From: Planctomycetota bacterium
GTDB lineage: Bacteria > Planctomycetota > J058 > J103
Direction: 5' to 3'
DNA length: 64,000 nt
Assembly (NCBI GenBank): GCA_026004615.1
Contig: BPJM01000005.1
Span: forward strand, 477 to 64,476
In this document: positions 42,928-52,756 of the stretch, piece after piece
How positions within the stretch are numbered: the first letter of the stretch is position 1
Layout: each line of letters opens with the position of its first letter
The notes under the pieces: generated by a model
The model's database searches: none
What the model saw: only the letters and a program-made list of their open reading frames with translations
Told to the model about the DNA's origin: nothing
Translations under genes and position numbers: made by a program

Positions 42928-44148
42928 GTGGGGGTTGAGCCGAGGGGGACAGGTGGCCGTACCCCGCCCGCGGGCGGCCAGGTGCGGGACGACGGCGCAC
43001 CACCGGCCTGGCAGGAGTGGGTGCAGGCCGGTCGCCTGGCCTCGCTCGGCAACCTGATCGCCGGCATCACCCATGAGCTGAACAACCCCCTCGCGGTCAT
43101 CTCGGGCTTCGCCGAGTTGCTCCTCGCCCAGACGCCACCCGGTGCCGAGACCCGCGAGATGATCGAGGCCATCCACGCCGAAGCGCAGCGCTGCACCCGC
43201 ATCGTCCACAACCTGATGACCTTCGCGCGCCAGCGCCGGCCCACCCTGACGCCGCTCGATCTGAACGAGATCGTGCGCGATGTGCTGGAGCTGTACCGCT
43301 TCAAGCTGTCGCTCGAGGACATCACGACCCGGGTGGAACTGGCGCCGGAGCTGCCGCTCACGCTCGGCGATCTGGCGCAGCTGCAGCAGGTGGTGCTCCA
43401 CCTGGTCGGCCATGCTCAGGCGGCGCTGCACGAGACGACCGGCACGCGCGAGATCCGCATCGCGACCCGAAGTGAGGCCGACAGCGGCGAGGTGGTGCTG
43501 GAGGTCGAGCACACCGGGGCCAGCATCCCGGAGGAGCGGCTGCTGGAGCTCTTCGAGCCCTTTCCGCCCCTCGGGGCCGCCGAGGAGGAGTGGCAGGTGG
43601 GGCTGGCGCTGTGCTACGTCCTGGTGCGCCAGCACCGCGGGCGCCTGGAGGCAGGGCCGCGCGCGGGCGGCGGGATGCGGTTCGCGGTGCGGCTTGCCGC
43701 CGGGACGCCAGGCGAGCGGGGCACGCCGCCGGACGTCGCCCGGCGCCGGGCCCTGGCGGCCGGCAAGGGGGTGCTCATCGTCGACGACGAACCGCGCTTT
43801 CTGGGCCTGATCCAGCGCGTGCTGACGGCCGAGGGCTACCGGTGTGCGACCGCACGCGACGGCGCCGAGGCGCTGCGCATGCTGGCCAGCCGGGCCTACG
43901 ACTTGATCGTGCTCGACATCCGGATGCCGACCCTGGACGGAATCGCATTCTTCCGCGAGGTGGAACGCCAGTTTCCCGAGCTGGCGCCCCGCATCCTCAT
44001 CACCTCGGGCGACACCGCGACCGAGGAGACGAAGCGGTTCTGCGCCAGCTTGCCCAATCCGGTGCTGCACAAACCGTTCGAGGTGGAGCAGCTGGTGCGC
44101 GCGATCGCCGAACTCGCCGCCACCGCCGGGCCGCGCCGCCCGGCATAG
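42928..44148 (+). CDS. Hybrid HisKA-HATPase-receiver protein with degenerate ATP-binding boxes
   Basis: H-box ITHELNNPL; receiver LIVDDE, LDIRMP, KPF. Start is uncertain (GTG 42928 or 42982). Confidence 0.85.
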   Translation: MGVEPRGTGGRTPPAGGQVRDDGAPPAWQEWVQAGRLASLGNLIAGITHELNNPLAVISGFAELLLAQTPPGAETREMIEAIHAEAQRCTRIVHNLMTFARQRRPTLTPLDLNEIVRDVLELYRFKLSLEDITTRVELAPELPLTLGDLAQLQQVVLHLVGHAQAALHETTGTREIRIATRSEADSGEVVLEVEHTGASIPEERLLELFEPFPPLGAAEEEWQVGLALCYVLVRQHRGRLEAGPRAGGGMRFAVRLAAGTPGERGTPPDVARRRALAAGKGVLIVDDEPRFLGLIQRVLTAEGYRCATARDGAEALRMLASRAYDLIVLDIRMPTLDGIAFFREVERQFPELAPRILITSGDTATEETKRFCASLPNPVLHKPFEVEQLVRAIAELAATAGPRRPA

Positions 44149-44191
44149 GGGCGCGCCGGGGCGCAGCGCACGCTCGCTTCGCTTCGGATTG

Positions 44192-45550
44192 CTATCCCTC
44201 CGCTGGCGTCGCCGAAGGGGTCGGCGGCGGCACCAGGCGCAGCCGCGTGATGCGCAGCCGCCGCATCCGCACGACCTCGATCCGCCAGCCCTCCACCTCC
44301 ACCACGTCGCCCACCCTGGCCAGCCGGCCGAGCCGTTGCATGACATAGCCGCCCAGGGTGTCGACCGTGGCGTCCGGAGCCTCGATTCCGAACCGCCGGC
44401 GCACCTCCGCGAGCGGGATCGCCCCGTCCACGAGCGCCACCCCGTCCGGTCCGACGCGCACCAGCCGCTCCGCCTCGCTGGCGTCGAACTCGTCGCGGAT
44501 GTCGCCGACCAGCTCCTCGAGCACGTCTTCCAGCGTCACCAGCCCCACCACCCCGCCCCACTCGTCGACCACGATCGCCATGTGGATGCCCCCGCGCTGG
44601 AACATGCGGAGCACCCGGTCGATCGTCGCGACCTCGGGCACGAAGGGAATCGGGCGCGCCAGCTTCTCCAGCGCGTCCGCTCCCAGCGCGGCGACCATCT
44701 GCTGCAGCGACGCCGCGCTGGCGGCGGTCGTCAGGTCCTTGACGTGCACCATGCCGACGATCTGCTCGATCTCGCCGCGCGCGAGCGGATAGCGGGTGTG
44801 GGCATGCCGCCGGACGGTCTCGATGTTCTCCGCGAGCGGCCGGTCGGCGAACAGGCAGTGCATGTCCGGCCGCGGCACCATGATCTCCCGGACGCAGCGC
44901 TGGCTCAGCGCCAGGGCGTTGGCGACCAGGCGCCGCTGCTGCGTGTTGAGCAGGCCCTGGGCGGCGCTCGATTCGACGAGCATGTGCAGCTCCGCGGGCG
45001 AGTGGGCCCGCTCGGCCTCGCGCGCGGGCGGCAATCCGAGCGCTCGCAGCAGCAGGTTGGCGGTACCGTTGAGCGCGACGATGGCGGGATACAACAGCAG
45101 GTAGAAGCCATGCAGCGGCCAGGCGGTCAGCAGCGTCACCGGCTCGGAGCGCTGGATGGCGAGCGACTTCGGGGCCAGTTCGCCCAGCACCACGTGCAGG
45201 AAGGTGATGATCACAAACGCGACCACCAGCGCCGTGCCGTGCACCGCGGCCGGCGAGGCCATGCCCAGTTCGCCGAGCCATGGCTCGATCAGGCGCGCGA
45301 TGGCCGGTTCACCCACCCAGCCGAGGCCTAGCGAGGCGATCGTGATCCCGAGCTGGGTCGCCGACAGATACGCATCGAGGTTGTCGATCAGGCGCCGCGC
45401 CATGCGGGCCGCTGCGCGCCCCTCGCGCACCAGCTGCTCGATGCGCGTGCGCCGCACCTTCACGATGGCGAACTCCGCGGCCACGAAGAAGCCGTTCAGC
45501 AGTACGAGCAGCAAGGCGAACACCAGCAGCAGAAACTGCGACAGATCCAT
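44192..45550 (-). CDS. HlyC/CorC (CNNM/DUF21-CBS-CorC) family transporter
   Basis: NGFFVAAEFA, YLSATQLGIT.ASLGLGW.GEP, GELAPK, IMVPR, TRYP, VVDEWGG..GLVTLEDVLEELVGDIRDE. Confidence 0.95.
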   Translation of the reverse strand: MDLSQFLLLVFALLLVLLNGFFVAAEFAIVKVRRTRIEQLVREGRAAARMARRLIDNLDAYLSATQLGITIASLGLGWVGEPAIARLIEPWLGELGMASPAAVHGTALVVAFVIITFLHVVLGELAPKSLAIQRSEPVTLLTAWPLHGFYLLLYPAIVALNGTANLLLRALGLPPAREAERAHSPAELHMLVESSAAQGLLNTQQRRLVANALALSQRCVREIMVPRPDMHCLFADRPLAENIETVRRHAHTRYPLARGEIEQIVGMVHVKDLTTAASAASLQQMVAALGADALEKLARPIPFVPEVATIDRVLRMFQRGGIHMAIVVDEWGGVVGLVTLEDVLEELVGDIRDEFDASEAERLVRVGPDGVALVDGAIPLAEVRRRFGIEAPDATVDTLGGYVMQRLGRLARVGDVVEVEGWRIEVVRMRRLRITRLRLVPPPTPSATPAEG

Positions 45551-45731
45551 GAGCGGTCTCCAGCAGGATTCAAAACCGGCGCCAGCACGGCAGCGCGGGC
45601 GAACGGACCGGGCGCCGGGGGGCGGATGGCGGCCAGGACGCGAGCTCCTCCCGGGCGCACCGCAAGCCGCTGGCGGGCTGCCGCGCTCGCCCCAGGCTGC
45701 GGTCGGGCCGCCGTGCTGCCCTCACCGGCGA

Positions 45732-46772
45732 TCAGGCCTCGAGCTGCGCATCGGCGGCCACCCGCGCGCGCATCGCGCTCAGGTGGGCATGCAGCGCTTC
45801 GCGAACCTCGGCGGGCTCCAGCACCTCGGCGCCCGGACCGTAGCGGAGGATCTCGTTGAGCAGCCAGGTCAGGCTCTTGGCGGGGATGGTGACGATGAGC
45901 GAACCGTCGGGCGCCTCCTCGCGCAGCGGCGCCGGCACCTGCTCGCGGATCCAGCGCACCTGCTCGCCCCGTACCCGCACCCGGGCGCGATAGCGTACGT
46001 CGCGGGTGAAGTCCATGGCGCGCCGTTCGTAGCGCGCGAGATCGAAGCCCGCGGGCGGACGGAAGCGCTGCTCGAGCGCGCGTGCCGCCCGCAGCCGGTC
46101 GACGCGGAAGCTGCGCACCTCTTCGGAGCGCTTGCAGTAGGCCACCAGATAGTACTCGCCGCCCTTGTCCACGAAGCCCAGCGGCTGGACCACCCGCGGG
46201 GCGGTCGCATCCGAGGAGGCGGAGTAGTATTCGATCTCGACCTCGCGCCGCTGCTCGACCGCCGGCACCAGGACCTCGAGGACCTCTTTGATGCGGGTGC
46301 GCCAGGGAGGCACGCCGAACGCCGGTCCCTTGCCGGCCTGGGTCGCGAGCCGCGCGGCCGCTGCCTCCTCGCGGGTGGTACGCGCCAGCAGACCGCCAGA
46401 CCGCCCCAGGATCGCGTGGATACGGTCGAGCAGTGAGCGCCGCGCCTCTGCGTAGACCGGGTCGCCCCCCGGTGGCAGCGACTCGATGGCGAGCTTGAGC
46501 GCCAGCGCTTCGGTGAGGGTGAAGCGGATCGGCCGGCGGAAGTGCTCGGCGAACCGGATCTCGACCCGGCCATCCTCGACGTAGACCCCGATGTAGTCGT
46601 CGGGCAGGTAGGGCGGCACCCCGCACAACAGCACCCGGTCGAGATCCGCCATGATCTCCGCGGGCGAGGCACCGAGGTAGCGCGCCAGGTCCTCCAGCGC
46701 CACGCCCTGGTGCTTGCGCACGTAGGGGATGAGCGCCAGGATGCGCTGGATGCGGTGCTTGGGATCGCTCAC
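45732..46772 (-). CDS. pafC: PafC-like HTH-WYL-WCX transcription regulator
   Basis: RILALIPYV...ADLDRVLLCGVPPYLPDDYI and RPIRFTLTEALAL resemble the PafC N-terminus. WYL core YYLVAYC...RSFRVDR. GTG overlaps the upstream stop. Confidence 0.8.
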   Translation of the reverse strand: MSDPKHRIQRILALIPYVRKHQGVALEDLARYLGASPAEIMADLDRVLLCGVPPYLPDDYIGVYVEDGRVEIRFAEHFRRPIRFTLTEALALKLAIESLPPGGDPVYAEARRSLLDRIHAILGRSGGLLARTTREEAAAARLATQAGKGPAFGVPPWRTRIKEVLEVLVPAVEQRREVEIEYYSASSDATAPRVVQPLGFVDKGGEYYLVAYCKRSEEVRSFRVDRLRAARALEQRFRPPAGFDLARYERRAMDFTRDVRYRARVRVRGEQVRWIREQVPAPLREEAPDGSLIVTIPAKSLTWLLNEILRYGPGAEVLEPAEVREALHAHLSAMRARVAADAQLEA

Positions 46773-47956
46773 GTCCGCCCCGCTCTGCGCTCGCCCCCTC
46801 CCGCGTGCGGTGCGGCCTGCTGCGGGCGCTCCTTGCCGGCAGCCCCGCCGGCGGCCGCCTCCGGCCGGTGCCGCTCGAGCAGCTGATCGAGCGCTGCCAG
46901 CAGCTCGCGCCGCATGCTCTCGGGCTCGACGATGCGCACATGGCGCAGCTTGGGCAACACCCACGCGATGAAGGCTTCGCGCCGGCGCACCTCGAAGACC
47001 ATCCGCACCCCGCCGCCGGGCAACGGCTCCAGCGAGCGGCGGGAGATCGGGCCCTGCAGGAACCAGCCGATGTGGGCATCCGCCTCGATCACGACCTCGG
47101 TCGGTGGCGCATCGGAGTACTCCCACGGCGGGCGCTCGAGGTAGTCGTGGAGGCGGAACTCCTCGGGCACCGAAAACGCGTGGGGTTCGCTGATCGTCGC
47201 CACGCCGCCCCGGATCCGGTCGAGCCGGAACGACTGCACCCGGTCGCGCCAGTGATCGCGTCCCACCAGGTACCAGGCGCCGCGCGCATAGCCGAGCCCA
47301 TACGGATCGACGGTACGCCGGCGCGTCTCGTCGCGGCTCATGCTGTAGTAGTCGAACGCCACGGTGCGGCTCGCCAGCGCCGCCGCCACCAGCGCTGGGA
47401 GGTTGGGATCGGCGCGCAGCCCGGCGATCAGATCGAGGTGGAGCACCGCCGAACGCCAGGCGCTTCCCTCGCTCCCCTGCTCCTGGGGGAGCGGGGCGGC
47501 ACGGCGCGGCCGCCCCCGCCGGCGCCGCGGGGGGGCGGGCACCGCAGGCCGCCCGCCGCCGGCCGCCTCCAGATCGACATCGAACGACAGCTTGCGCAGC
47601 GCCGAGATCAGATCGGGCAGGAACTCGCTCCGGTTGCGGATCGCATGCTCGCTGATCAGGTTGAGCAACGCGACCTCGTGCGGCAGCAGATCCACCTCGT
47701 CCAGGAACACCGCCTCGCGCGGGATCATGTAGCCCTCGGTCTCGAAGGCCCCCGGCGGGCAGTAGCGGATGGGGATGCCCATCTCCTTGAGCGCCGCCTT
47801 GTCACGCTCGAAGCGGCGCTCCAGCGACTTGGGATCGCTGCCATCGTCGTAGCCGACGACGCGGCCGGCGATGTCGCGCCAGGGGACCGGCTGGCGCTCC
47901 TTGAGCAGGTAGCTGACGAGGTTGAGCAGCCGCTCGGTCTTGGAGATCCGCGCCAC
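46769..47956 (-). CDS. pafB: PafB-like HTH-WYL-WCX transcription regulator
   Basis: SKTERLLNLV..LL and RRFERDK..LKEMGIPI resemble the PafB N-terminus. RTVDPYG...WYLVGRD..R...QSFRLDRI. Confidence 0.82.
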   Translation of the reverse strand: MARISKTERLLNLVSYLLKERQPVPWRDIAGRVVGYDDGSDPKSLERRFERDKAALKEMGIPIRYCPPGAFETEGYMIPREAVFLDEVDLLPHEVALLNLISEHAIRNRSEFLPDLISALRKLSFDVDLEAAGGGRPAVPAPPRRRRGRPRRAAPLPQEQGSEGSAWRSAVLHLDLIAGLRADPNLPALVAAALASRTVAFDYYSMSRDETRRRTVDPYGLGYARGAWYLVGRDHWRDRVQSFRLDRIRGGVATISEPHAFSVPEEFRLHDYLERPPWEYSDAPPTEVVIEADAHIGWFLQGPISRRSLEPLPGGGVRMVFEVRRREAFIAWVLPKLRHVRIVEPESMRRELLAALDQLLERHRPEAAAGGAAGKERPQQAAPHAGGGERRAGRT

Positions 47957-48010
47957 CGGCGCCCCCTCGACGACCGCGCCCGGTCGGTGTGCGCTGGCCA
48001 ACCGCTGGCG

Positions 48011-48039
48011 AATGTAGCCGTCGGGCGCGATGGCATCAA
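48011..48039 (-). promoter_or_regulatory. Putative pafB promoter TTGATG-N17-TACATT
   Basis: Hexamers and spacer read directly, about 55 nt upstream of GTG 47956. Confidence 0.5.
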
Positions 48040-48124
48040 GCGCCGCCGGCGAAGCGCCGCCGGCCGCTGCCCGGCGAGCGGACGGGCGCTGTCGGGTGCG
48101 CAGAACCGTAACGCGGGCCCGGTC

Positions 48125-48823
48125 CTACCGGTGCTCCCCTTCGCCGTCCCGGCTCGGGCCGGCGGGCAACTCCGCCCCGGGCTGTTCCGTCACGGCGGTG
48201 ACCTGCCAGCTCGGCGGCGCCGGCGTCTCGGCGGCGACGGTGCCGCCGCCCAGCAGCGTCTCGCTGACGGAACGCAGCAGGCTTGCCGGCTGCAACGCGA
48301 GCAGCGCGCCCACCGCGAGCAGCGCCGCCGCCACCGCTCCGGCCAGCGCGCCGGAGCGCCGCCGTTGCCGCCGCTCCCACGCTGCCAGGCGCTCTTCGGC
48401 CCGCACCTGCGCCTCCGCCTGCACCATGCCGAAGCGGTCGGCGAGCACGCGCGTCGCCTCCGACCAGCGCTGCTCCAGGCGCGCGCTGCTCTCGCGGATC
48501 GCCCGCACCACCTCGGGCAGGCTGTGGTGCAGCTCGCGGCGCAGCAGCTCGCCGGGACGAGCGGCGCACCGGCCGGACCGTTCGATCGAGCGCTGCACGG
48601 CGTCCAGGGCCTCGAGCTGGCGCTCCGCCTCCAGCGGCAGGACCTCGAGCGAGCGCGCCAGCCCCTCCAACCGCTCCATGAGGCGCTGCGCGCGCTGGTT
48701 CTGCGCCTCCAGCGTGCGGCCGACCTCTTCGATCAGCTCGGTGACCCGCCGGAAGCTGTGCCCGAGCGAGATGATGTCGGTGGGGCTCCAGGCGGCCTCC
48801 AGCTGCGCGGGCAACAGCGGCAT
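48125..48823 (-). CDS. Hypothetical coiled-coil protein with a C-terminal TM; may start at ATG 48966 through an indel in G7 48834-48840
   Basis: Heptad-rich helical sequence followed by RRRSG and a TM. Adding one base in the G7 run joins an upstream MGRERSKR... segment. Confidence 0.6.
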   Translation of the reverse strand: MPLLPAQLEAAWSPTDIISLGHSFRRVTELIEEVGRTLEAQNQRAQRLMERLEGLARSLEVLPLEAERQLEALDAVQRSIERSGRCAARPGELLRRELHHSLPEVVRAIRESSARLEQRWSEATRVLADRFGMVQAEAQVRAEERLAAWERRQRRRSGALAGAVAAALLAVGALLALQPASLLRSVSETLLGGGTVAAETPAPPSWQVTAVTEQPGAELPAGPSRDGEGEHR

Positions 48824-49088
48824 TCGATCCGCCGGGGGGGCTGCCCGGCGCCAACGCCCGCCGGCATGCCACCCGCTCGTGCGCCCGCGGGACGGCCCCC
48901 ATCCGCTTCCGCCCGTACCGCGTGCCGGCGCTGCGATCGCGACCGCTTCGAGCGCTCCCTGCCCATCGCCTGTTCCCCCGATCCGGCGCGGCCGGCGAGG
49001 CCGCCTGCAGGGAGGATCGACACGGCGGGAGGCAGGCCTTTAGCGGCGCGAGCGCCGGGCGGGCGAACTGCTCTGGCCGGGGGCCTGC

Positions 49089-51056
49089 CTACTGGATCCC
49101 CAGCCGCTGGCGCACCTGGGCGAGCAGGCGCTCGCGCCGCAGCTCCAGCCCGGGATCGTCGGTGGGGACGGCGTCCCGCAGGTAATCGAAGGCGACCTCG
49201 GGCTTGCCCGCGGCGAGCGCCTGTTCGGCCAGTTCCACCGCCCGGCGCATGGCCTCGCGCGCTGCGGCGTCGACGTGCGAGCGCAGCCGTGCGACCTCCG
49301 CGGCATGCGAGGTGCCCTGGGCCTCGCGCGCCAGTTCCGCCAGGCGCTGGCGCGCCTCGGCGAAGCGTTCCTGGGCCAGCAGCTCGGCCAGCTCCCCCGC
49401 CTGCAGCGCGGCCAGCCGCCCGCCCACCCACCGCTCGCGCACCTCGTCGGGCGCGGGCAGCGCGGCCCGGGCCTGCTCCGCCGTGGACTGCGTGTGCCGC
49501 GCCGCCTCACCGGCGCCTGGACGCCGATTCTGCAGCAGCGCCAGCGCCAGCGCCGCGGCGACGGTACCTGCCACCAGCACCGCGGCCAGCAGCCCCCGCC
49601 GGCCCACGCGGGCGGGCGGCCCTCCGAGCCGCCGCTCCTCGGGCGAGGCGAGCGGCAGCCGCCGCGCGCGTGGCAGGGCGAGCCGGCCGCTGGCCGAGTC
49701 CGCGCGCCGCTCGGCGGCAAAGGGGTTCTTGCCCTTGCGGATGGCGATGATGTCCCGCACCAGCTCCTCGGCGGTCTGGTAGCGGCGCTCGGGGTCCTTG
49801 TGCATCATGCGCTCGAGCAGTTTCGCCACCGGACGGCTCACCCCCGGGGCGCGGCGGCGGATGGGGATCGGCTCCTCGGCGATGTGGCGCGCCATGATGG
49901 TGGCGGGGTTGTCGCCGACGAACGGCGGTTCGCCCGCGAGCATGTGGTAGAGAGTGGCGCCGAGGCTGTAGATGTCGCTCCGCACGTCGACGTCGGTCAC
50001 CCCCCGCGCCAGCTCCGGCGAGACGTAGTAGGGCGTGCCGAGCGTCTTGCCCTCGGTGGTCAACGAGCAATCGCTGGTCAGCTGCTTGGACAGGCCCAGG
50101 TCGGTCAGCTTCGCCACCCCGTTCGGGGTGACGAGGATGTTCTCCGGTTTGACGTCGCGGTGCACGATATGTCGGGACGAGGCGTGCGCGAGCGCCTTGG
50201 CGACCTGCAGCACGATCGCCAGCGCCTCGTCCTCGTCGAACGGACCGTCCTCCTTGATCATCTCGGCGACCGACCAGCCGTCGACGTATTCCATGGCGTA
50301 GTAGTACAGCCCGTTGGATTCCCCGACATCGATCGCCGAGACGATGTTGGGGTGGTTCAACGAACCGGCGAGCTTGGCCTCGCGCACGAACCGCTTGAGG
50401 AAGCGGGCATGGGAGGCGTAGCGCGGCGCCAGCACCTTGAGCGCCACCTCCCGCCGCAGCGACTTCTGCACCGCGCGGTAGACCACCCCCATGCCGCCCT
50501 GTCCGCGGCGCTCCAGCAGCTTGTAGCCCGCGATGGGATCCCGGGTGCGCTGCAGCCGCAGCACGTACTTGGCCTGGGTGGCGGTGAGCAGGCCCAGCTT
50601 GACCGCGATCTTGCCGATCTTGTGCCGCCTGCCCTCCGCGCGGAGCCGCCGCTGCACCCGCAGCGCCTCCTCGATCTGCGGCGCCGTGCAGAAACGCTGC
50701 AGCACCGCGAGCTCCCCGAACAGCAGCTCGCCCTCGGCGCCGACGGCGGGCGCCGGCTCGACCGGGGCGCGAGCAGCGGAGCCGGCGGGCAGGGGCGGCA
50801 GGGTGGCCGCAGCGGAGCTGCTGCCGCCGCGCAGCGCCTCCATCTCGCCGTCGGAGGAGTACAGGGGAGGCGGTGCGAGGTGCGCCACCGCGTCGCTGCC
50901 GTCACGGTCCTCCTCGGCGCCGGCGGGCTCCGCGGCCCCGCCCGCGTGCGCCGGCACGGCGGGCCCACCCTGCTCCGGCGGCGGGCTGTCCGTGCTGGCG
51001 CGCGCCGCCAGACCGTCGGTCCCGGTCGTGCTCTGCGGTTGCGGGTCGTCTCGCAT
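49089..51056 (-). CDS. Transmembrane Ser/Thr protein kinase
   Basis: GQGGMGVVY, VALK, HRDVKPEN, DLGLSK, GTPYYVSPE, SDIYSLG; TM followed by a helical C-terminus. Confidence 0.95.
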   Translation of the reverse strand: MRDDPQPQSTTGTDGLAARASTDSPPPEQGGPAVPAHAGGAAEPAGAEEDRDGSDAVAHLAPPPLYSSDGEMEALRGGSSSAAATLPPLPAGSAARAPVEPAPAVGAEGELLFGELAVLQRFCTAPQIEEALRVQRRLRAEGRRHKIGKIAVKLGLLTATQAKYVLRLQRTRDPIAGYKLLERRGQGGMGVVYRAVQKSLRREVALKVLAPRYASHARFLKRFVREAKLAGSLNHPNIVSAIDVGESNGLYYYAMEYVDGWSVAEMIKEDGPFDEDEALAIVLQVAKALAHASSRHIVHRDVKPENILVTPNGVAKLTDLGLSKQLTSDCSLTTEGKTLGTPYYVSPELARGVTDVDVRSDIYSLGATLYHMLAGEPPFVGDNPATIMARHIAEEPIPIRRRAPGVSRPVAKLLERMMHKDPERRYQTAEELVRDIIAIRKGKNPFAAERRADSASGRLALPRARRLPLASPEERRLGGPPARVGRRGLLAAVLVAGTVAAALALALLQNRRPGAGEAARHTQSTAEQARAALPAPDEVRERWVGGRLAALQAGELAELLAQERFAEARQRLAELAREAQGTSHAAEVARLRSHVDAAAREAMRRAVELAEQALAAGKPEVAFDYLRDAVPTDDPGLELRRERLLAQVRQRLGIQ

Positions 51057-51090
51057 CGCCGCCGTCCGCTGCCGGTTGCAGCCGGCCTCT

Positions 51091-51981
51091 TCAGTCTAGC
51101 ACGCAGCCGACGCCGCGGGCCTGCTGCCCCGCGCTCGGGCCGGCCGCGACACCGCCGCGCTGCGGCGGGGGATCGACCGGGGGTGCCAGCACCGCCACCA
51201 GTTCGTGCTCCGCGCGCTCGAGTTCTCCCTCGACCAGCTGCCAGCCCAGACGCGCGGCAAACGCGGCGCGCAGTGCTGCCGCCAGTTCGGCCCGGCTCAC
51301 CGGGCGGCCGGCGGCGAGCCGCACCGTGGTCGCCGCCGGCGCGTTGGGGCGGGCGCCGAGCGGTATCGCCCCGTGCATGAGCAGCGCCCGGCCGGCGTGG
51401 CGCTGCGCGCTCGCGATGAGCTTGCGCCCGCCGGCGAAGATCGCCGCGCCGCGCGCCCGCTCGTAGCACAGTGCCGGTTCGTCGCCCGCCCCGGGTCGGG
51501 GCGCGGCCGGCAGCGGCTCGCAGCCTCCGGACGCCTGGGCGCCGCCGGCCGGTCCGCGAGCCGGCGCCATCTCCGCGGCGCACCGTCCAGTGGCGCCGTT
51601 GCGCAGCTCCGCCGCGATCCCCAGCCGGTCGAGCGCCTCCAGCAGCGCCGCGTGCACCGCGGCGATCGCCGCCCGCAGTGCGCCGCGGCGGGGCCGCCCG
51701 CCGCCGAGCGCGGCGAGGGGGGCGGCGATCGCATAGGTCAGTTCGTCCCGATGCAGCACCGCTCCCCCCCCGCTGGGTCGCCGCACCCACGGCAGGCTCC
51801 GCAGCGCCGGCGGCGCCTGATCGCGCGCGAGCTGCTGGAAGCGGCCCAGCGAGACCGCCGGCTCCCTCCATCCGTACACCCGCAGGGTCGGACGGCGTTC
51901 CGCCCCGGCGAGCAGCGCCGCATCCAGACCCATGTTCCAGCCCGGGGCGCCCTCACCGGTGTCCAGGTAGCGCACGCGCAT
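51091..51981 (-). CDS. Lipoate-protein ligase A / LipM-like octanoyltransferase
   Basis: NMGLDAALL, PTLRVYGW..PAVSLGRFQ, VRRPSGGGAVLH..ELTY, GRKLIASAQR, HGAI. Confidence 0.9.
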   Translation of the reverse strand: MRVRYLDTGEGAPGWNMGLDAALLAGAERRPTLRVYGWREPAVSLGRFQQLARDQAPPALRSLPWVRRPSGGGAVLHRDELTYAIAAPLAALGGGRPRRGALRAAIAAVHAALLEALDRLGIAAELRNGATGRCAAEMAPARGPAGGAQASGGCEPLPAAPRPGAGDEPALCYERARGAAIFAGGRKLIASAQRHAGRALLMHGAIPLGARPNAPAATTVRLAAGRPVSRAELAAALRAAFAARLGWQLVEGELERAEHELVAVLAPPVDPPPQRGGVAAGPSAGQQARGVGCVLD

Positions 51982-52198
51982 CTCCGCCCAACCGCCTCGG
52001 ATCCGAAACAGGGGATGGTAGCACTGCGGTCAAGGGCGTGGCGGCCCAGACCGCCTCCAGCCCCGGGCTGCAGGAGCGGGGGGGCGCGAGGGGCCGGCGC
52101 TCCGGGGCGGCTCGGGCGCGGCAAGCGCGCGCTTGCAAGCGCGGTGCGGATGCCCGATGCTGCGGAGCGGCGACGGCGGGGCAGCGGAGGAGCTGCCG

Positions 52199-52648
52199 GT
52201 GCGGCGAGCGGCGATCGCGCTGGTGGCGCTGGTGGCGCTCGGGCTCGGCTGGCGAGCGCTGTTTTCGCGGCCGCAGGACGAGGCGGCGCGGGTGCGGGAG
52301 GTGATCGACGCCGTGATCGCGGCGCTGGAGGACAAGGCCACCGGCAGGGTGCTGGAGCACCTCGCACCGGACTACCGCGACGCCGGCGGACTCGATCGGG
52401 CCGGCGTCCACCGGGTGCTGGTCGCCACCTTTTTGCGGCGCCGCGCGATCGCGGTGAACAGGCTGACTCCGACCCGGGTCGAGCTGCGTCCCGATCGTAC
52501 CGCCACCGCCTCGTTCACCGTGGCGGTGAGCGAGGGGCTGTCAGCCGGCGCCCTGGCCGATGCGGGGATCTGGGACGTCGAGGTGGAGCTGGCGGAGCGC
52601 GAGGGCGCCTGGCGGATCACCGGGCACCGGCGCGTGCGCAGGCGCTAG
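52199..52648 (+). CDS. Membrane-anchored NTF2/SnoaL-like protein
   Basis: GGAGG + GTG start, N-terminal TM, 'LAPDYRD', terminal 'EREGAWRIT'. Confidence 0.65.
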   Translation: MRRAAIALVALVALGLGWRALFSRPQDEAARVREVIDAVIAALEDKATGRVLEHLAPDYRDAGGLDRAGVHRVLVATFLRRRAIAVNRLTPTRVELRPDRTATASFTVAVSEGLSAGALADAGIWDVEVELAEREGAWRITGHRRVRRR

Positions 52649-52756
52649 GCGGGAGCGGGTGCGGTGGGCGGCGCGCGGCGCTCGTCAGGTTCGGGGCGGC
52701 TGCGATTCGCCGAGCCCGGCACCGTCACACCGCCCTGGCACGTGCGCGCAAGCCAT

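Noticed and set aside
44192..45550. 'Hemolysin' as a toxin or virulence gene
   Set aside because: The DUF21-CBS-CorC architecture is the widespread CNNM/CorC Mg2+/Co2+ transport family.
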